This document shows, piece by piece, positions 61,624 to 64,000 of a DNA stretch of 64,000 bases (within the stretch, counting starts at the first letter, position 1; the number at the start of each line of letters is the position of its first letter). The DNA lies in NCBI GenBank assembly GCA_965235115.1, contig OZ249440.1:32552001-32616000 (forward strand). Reading direction: 5' to 3'. The notes below the pieces were generated by a model, which saw nothing but the letters and a program-made list of their open reading frames with translations, searched no databases and was not told where the DNA came from. Made by a program: the position numbers and the translations under genes. The stretch comes from Laetmonice hystrix (lineage: Eukaryota).

Positions 61624-62267
61624 AAACTGATTATTGATGGTAGGCCGTACAGCTACAACCAAATACATGAGCTACCCCACGGCCTCTGCATCTCACAAGC
61701 TAAAATACGCCCCACACCTGACACCTTTGTTTCGCTTCCGAGCATGCCTGGCTCTCTAACCTCTACCCATGTAATATCTCGTACAATAACAGAATTTACT
61801 TCCTTAGAGCAAGCATGGCAGTTCACACGTGCTGTTAAAGCAAATGACTTTGACACGGCAGGCAAAATAAAGGCAACAGAAATCCTTATGAGACAATCAG
61901 GATAGGCAAGGGAGTCAAGGCAACCCCAGCATGGAACCAAAACCCAAGCAACATTATGTTTGACCTCTTAAAGATCAAATTTAGCAGTGCTAGACTGAAG
62001 AAACTTCTTCTGGACACAGGTGATCAGCACCTCTATGAGGCAAGTAAGGCCCCACAATGGGGCTGCGACTTCAGTTTCGGTCAGGCGCAGCAGATCGTGC
62101 AGGATCAAGTCCAGGACAATCTACTTGGGCGTCTACTTGAACGTATCCGTGATGATATCAAGACTGAAGGTCAACCAACACTGACACCGAAACCTAAATT
62201 AACACTTGAACTGGACTCAACCCGCAACGATCAAGCCAAAACCTCAGGGTTTTCAAATAAAAATTAA
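61624..62267 (+). pseudogene. C-terminal part of LINE ORF1 followed by a NADAR (YbiA/DUF1768-like) domain, frameshifted
   Basis: KLIIDGRPYS..., then across 3 frameshifts: FASEHAWLSNLYPC..FTSLEQAWQFTRA..DFDTAGKI...PYE..RIGKGV....W....IMFDLLKIKF...LKKLLLDTGDQHLYEASKAPQWGC...DNLLGRLLERIR. Confidence 0.8.
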
Positions 62268-62525
62268 GAGACTTCAGCGTACTTTTTTCTTGTTAAAAGT
62301 TAAACATTTTATACAGTAACCTTATAAACATTGAACACTTTTTTCAACGTAATGAATTGAATTTATATACAACTTTTCTCCTTAACATGTTTTATTAATA
62401 ATATACCATAACATTATTACCATATGTCAACCAACTGTGTCGCGGGTTGGTCTGGTACTACATGTGCAGGTTGGGCCTTGACGTCTGCTTCTTTAGGGAG
62501 CATGAATTATTTTACATTGATTTCG

Positions 62526-63118
62526 TCATTGGTGTTACTGTCATTGGTGTTACCAGACCTAAGTAACACCAATGTTTTTTGGTAACACCAATGACAATAT
62601 ACAATTCTGCTGTGATCATTCTTAAATAATCAGTGATATAACGCCTCTATATTGCATTATATCAATAATTAATAAAAGTATAGATGATGAAAAGTAACTT
62701 TTATTTCAATATTACGGATTCATGACTGTCATTGGTGTAACTGACTGTCATTCGAGTTACTTTGTCATTGGTGTTACAGTATATATTTTTCCTCCTCATT
62801 TATTCAGGAGTTTGTCTAATCTTACATTTACGGTTCAGTAGGTCCAATATGGATATTATCTTGCCCTACTTGATAAATTTTCCCTTGAAAGATTCCATAT
62901 TTTTGTTTGCCATAATGTATTGAGTTGCGCATTTGAGGCCTGATGCTATATTTCTTCACAGAAATTGAAGAAATGTGCCTCTAAACACCATTACGACATA
63001 CAATACTTCCTATATATCATAGGACGTCAAGGGGTATTTTATGTGAGAAAACTAGGTCTATAAACCATTGAGCTTATACACTAATTGTATCCTTATTGTC
63101 TGGTAACACCAATGACAC
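62526..63118. mobile_element. MITE-like fragment with repeated tcattggtgttac motifs in both orientations
   Basis: gtcattggtgttaccag versus ctggtaacaccaatgac. Confidence 0.55.
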
Positions 63119-64000
63119 TAAAGGTTCATTTCTGTGAATGAAACGTACCTAAAAAATGTAATGCACGAAATATTAGCACTGCCAGTGTGTAAAAATATTT
63201 TCAGATGGTCACTACATTAAAATGATCGAAAATAAAAGGATTTATCTTTTAAACATTTTGTGTTCACTTTGCTTTGTAAAAATGACCGTTTTTGGAGAAT
63301 GACTAGCGTTTAGAGCAATGAGATGTGCAGTGAGTTTTTGAATTCAGAAGGCAAAGGAAAAAAATGCTATTTCCGGTCATCTGGAGATAGAATTTATGAA
63401 GTTCCTCAAAGCATTCAGAGGTCTAAGCCTAGCTTAGCAATAACATGGGGGAAGGGGTTCTGGGGGTCGTTCCTAGAACATTCTTAAATTTAGAAGCTCA
63501 AAAATGCTATTTCCTGGCATATGGGTCGGGGGGGGGGGGTCATTCGAACACCCCGACCCCCCCCCCCCCCCCGCAGCTACGGGCCTGACTGTCGGGGGGG
63601 GGGAGGGGACAGGATTCCCTTTAATTTAAAGGCAGCCAGGTCAGGTGGACACCCTGCGGACATGACCTGGACCCACGATCCCCCCATCTGATCACTGTCA
63701 GGGGGGACCGTGGGCCCAAGGAGTGGTGCGTTCGAACGCCCCTAACACCCCCTGGCTACGGGCCTGAGGTGAAAGAGGTGCACATTCGGTACTTGAAAGT
63801 TTGCTTGCTGATCTAAGGGTGGAAGTGTACGCTGGCGAAAATTTACCGTGTATGATACGGACCTGGGATTAGGTGTGGGTGGGTGTGTGGGGGGTGGGGC
63901 TGCTGTTTGTGGGTGTGCCTTAGTTGGAGGTGTCTTCAAATGGAGGTTGTAAGCGATGATTTATGCTTCTCTATAGCTTTGCACCCGTTGGCATGCCATA

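Larger units (their letters stand above)
50776..61625 (+). mobile_element. Solo A-spacer-B derivative of a Ngaro/PAT-like element (50776-51047 + 61186-61625), split by a hAT-like insert
   Basis: Diverged homolog of 59235-59985 (aaatacgag...ttatgaag...ggtcaaggttg|agtcctcaacatc...ttttgacttcataaa); A-run at both junctions. Confidence 0.8.

Noticed and set aside
61624..62267. Bacterial contamination or recent horizontal ybiA gene
   Set aside because: Frameshifted, contiguous with an L1-type ORF1 C-terminus, and interrupted by eukaryotic TEs

Overview
Eukaryotic (animal, probably marine invertebrate) genomic DNA, almost entirely intronic and dominated by transposable elements. The only host gene I can support is on the minus strand: three spliceable exons (25799-25640, 23948-23758, 13322-13120). 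They join in frame and encode part of an ANF-receptor-type extracellular domain (receptor guanylyl cyclase / natriuretic-peptide-receptor-like). The rest of the window includes a 4 kb foldback element whose arms carry tandem 334-bp tRNA-derived units, two CR1/L2-type LINEs (one nearly intact, with an SGNH-esterase ORF1), two PIF/Harbinger remnants, and Kolobok-, hAT-, mariner-, Ginger- and Helitron-like non-autonomous elements. At 50-62 kb there is a five-level nested insertion. The most unusual observations are: (i) an L1/Tx1-type ORF1 apparently fused to a NADAR (YbiA-like) domain, visible only after removing a 10.8 kb nested insert; (ii) a young but non-coding split-direct-repeat (Ngaro/PAT-type) element plus a solo A-B derivative; (iii) Harbinger-type MITEs whose 3-bp target duplications usually differ at the middle base; (iv) two CAG...CTG elements with 6-bp TSDs. 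All assignments are by eye, without database searches.
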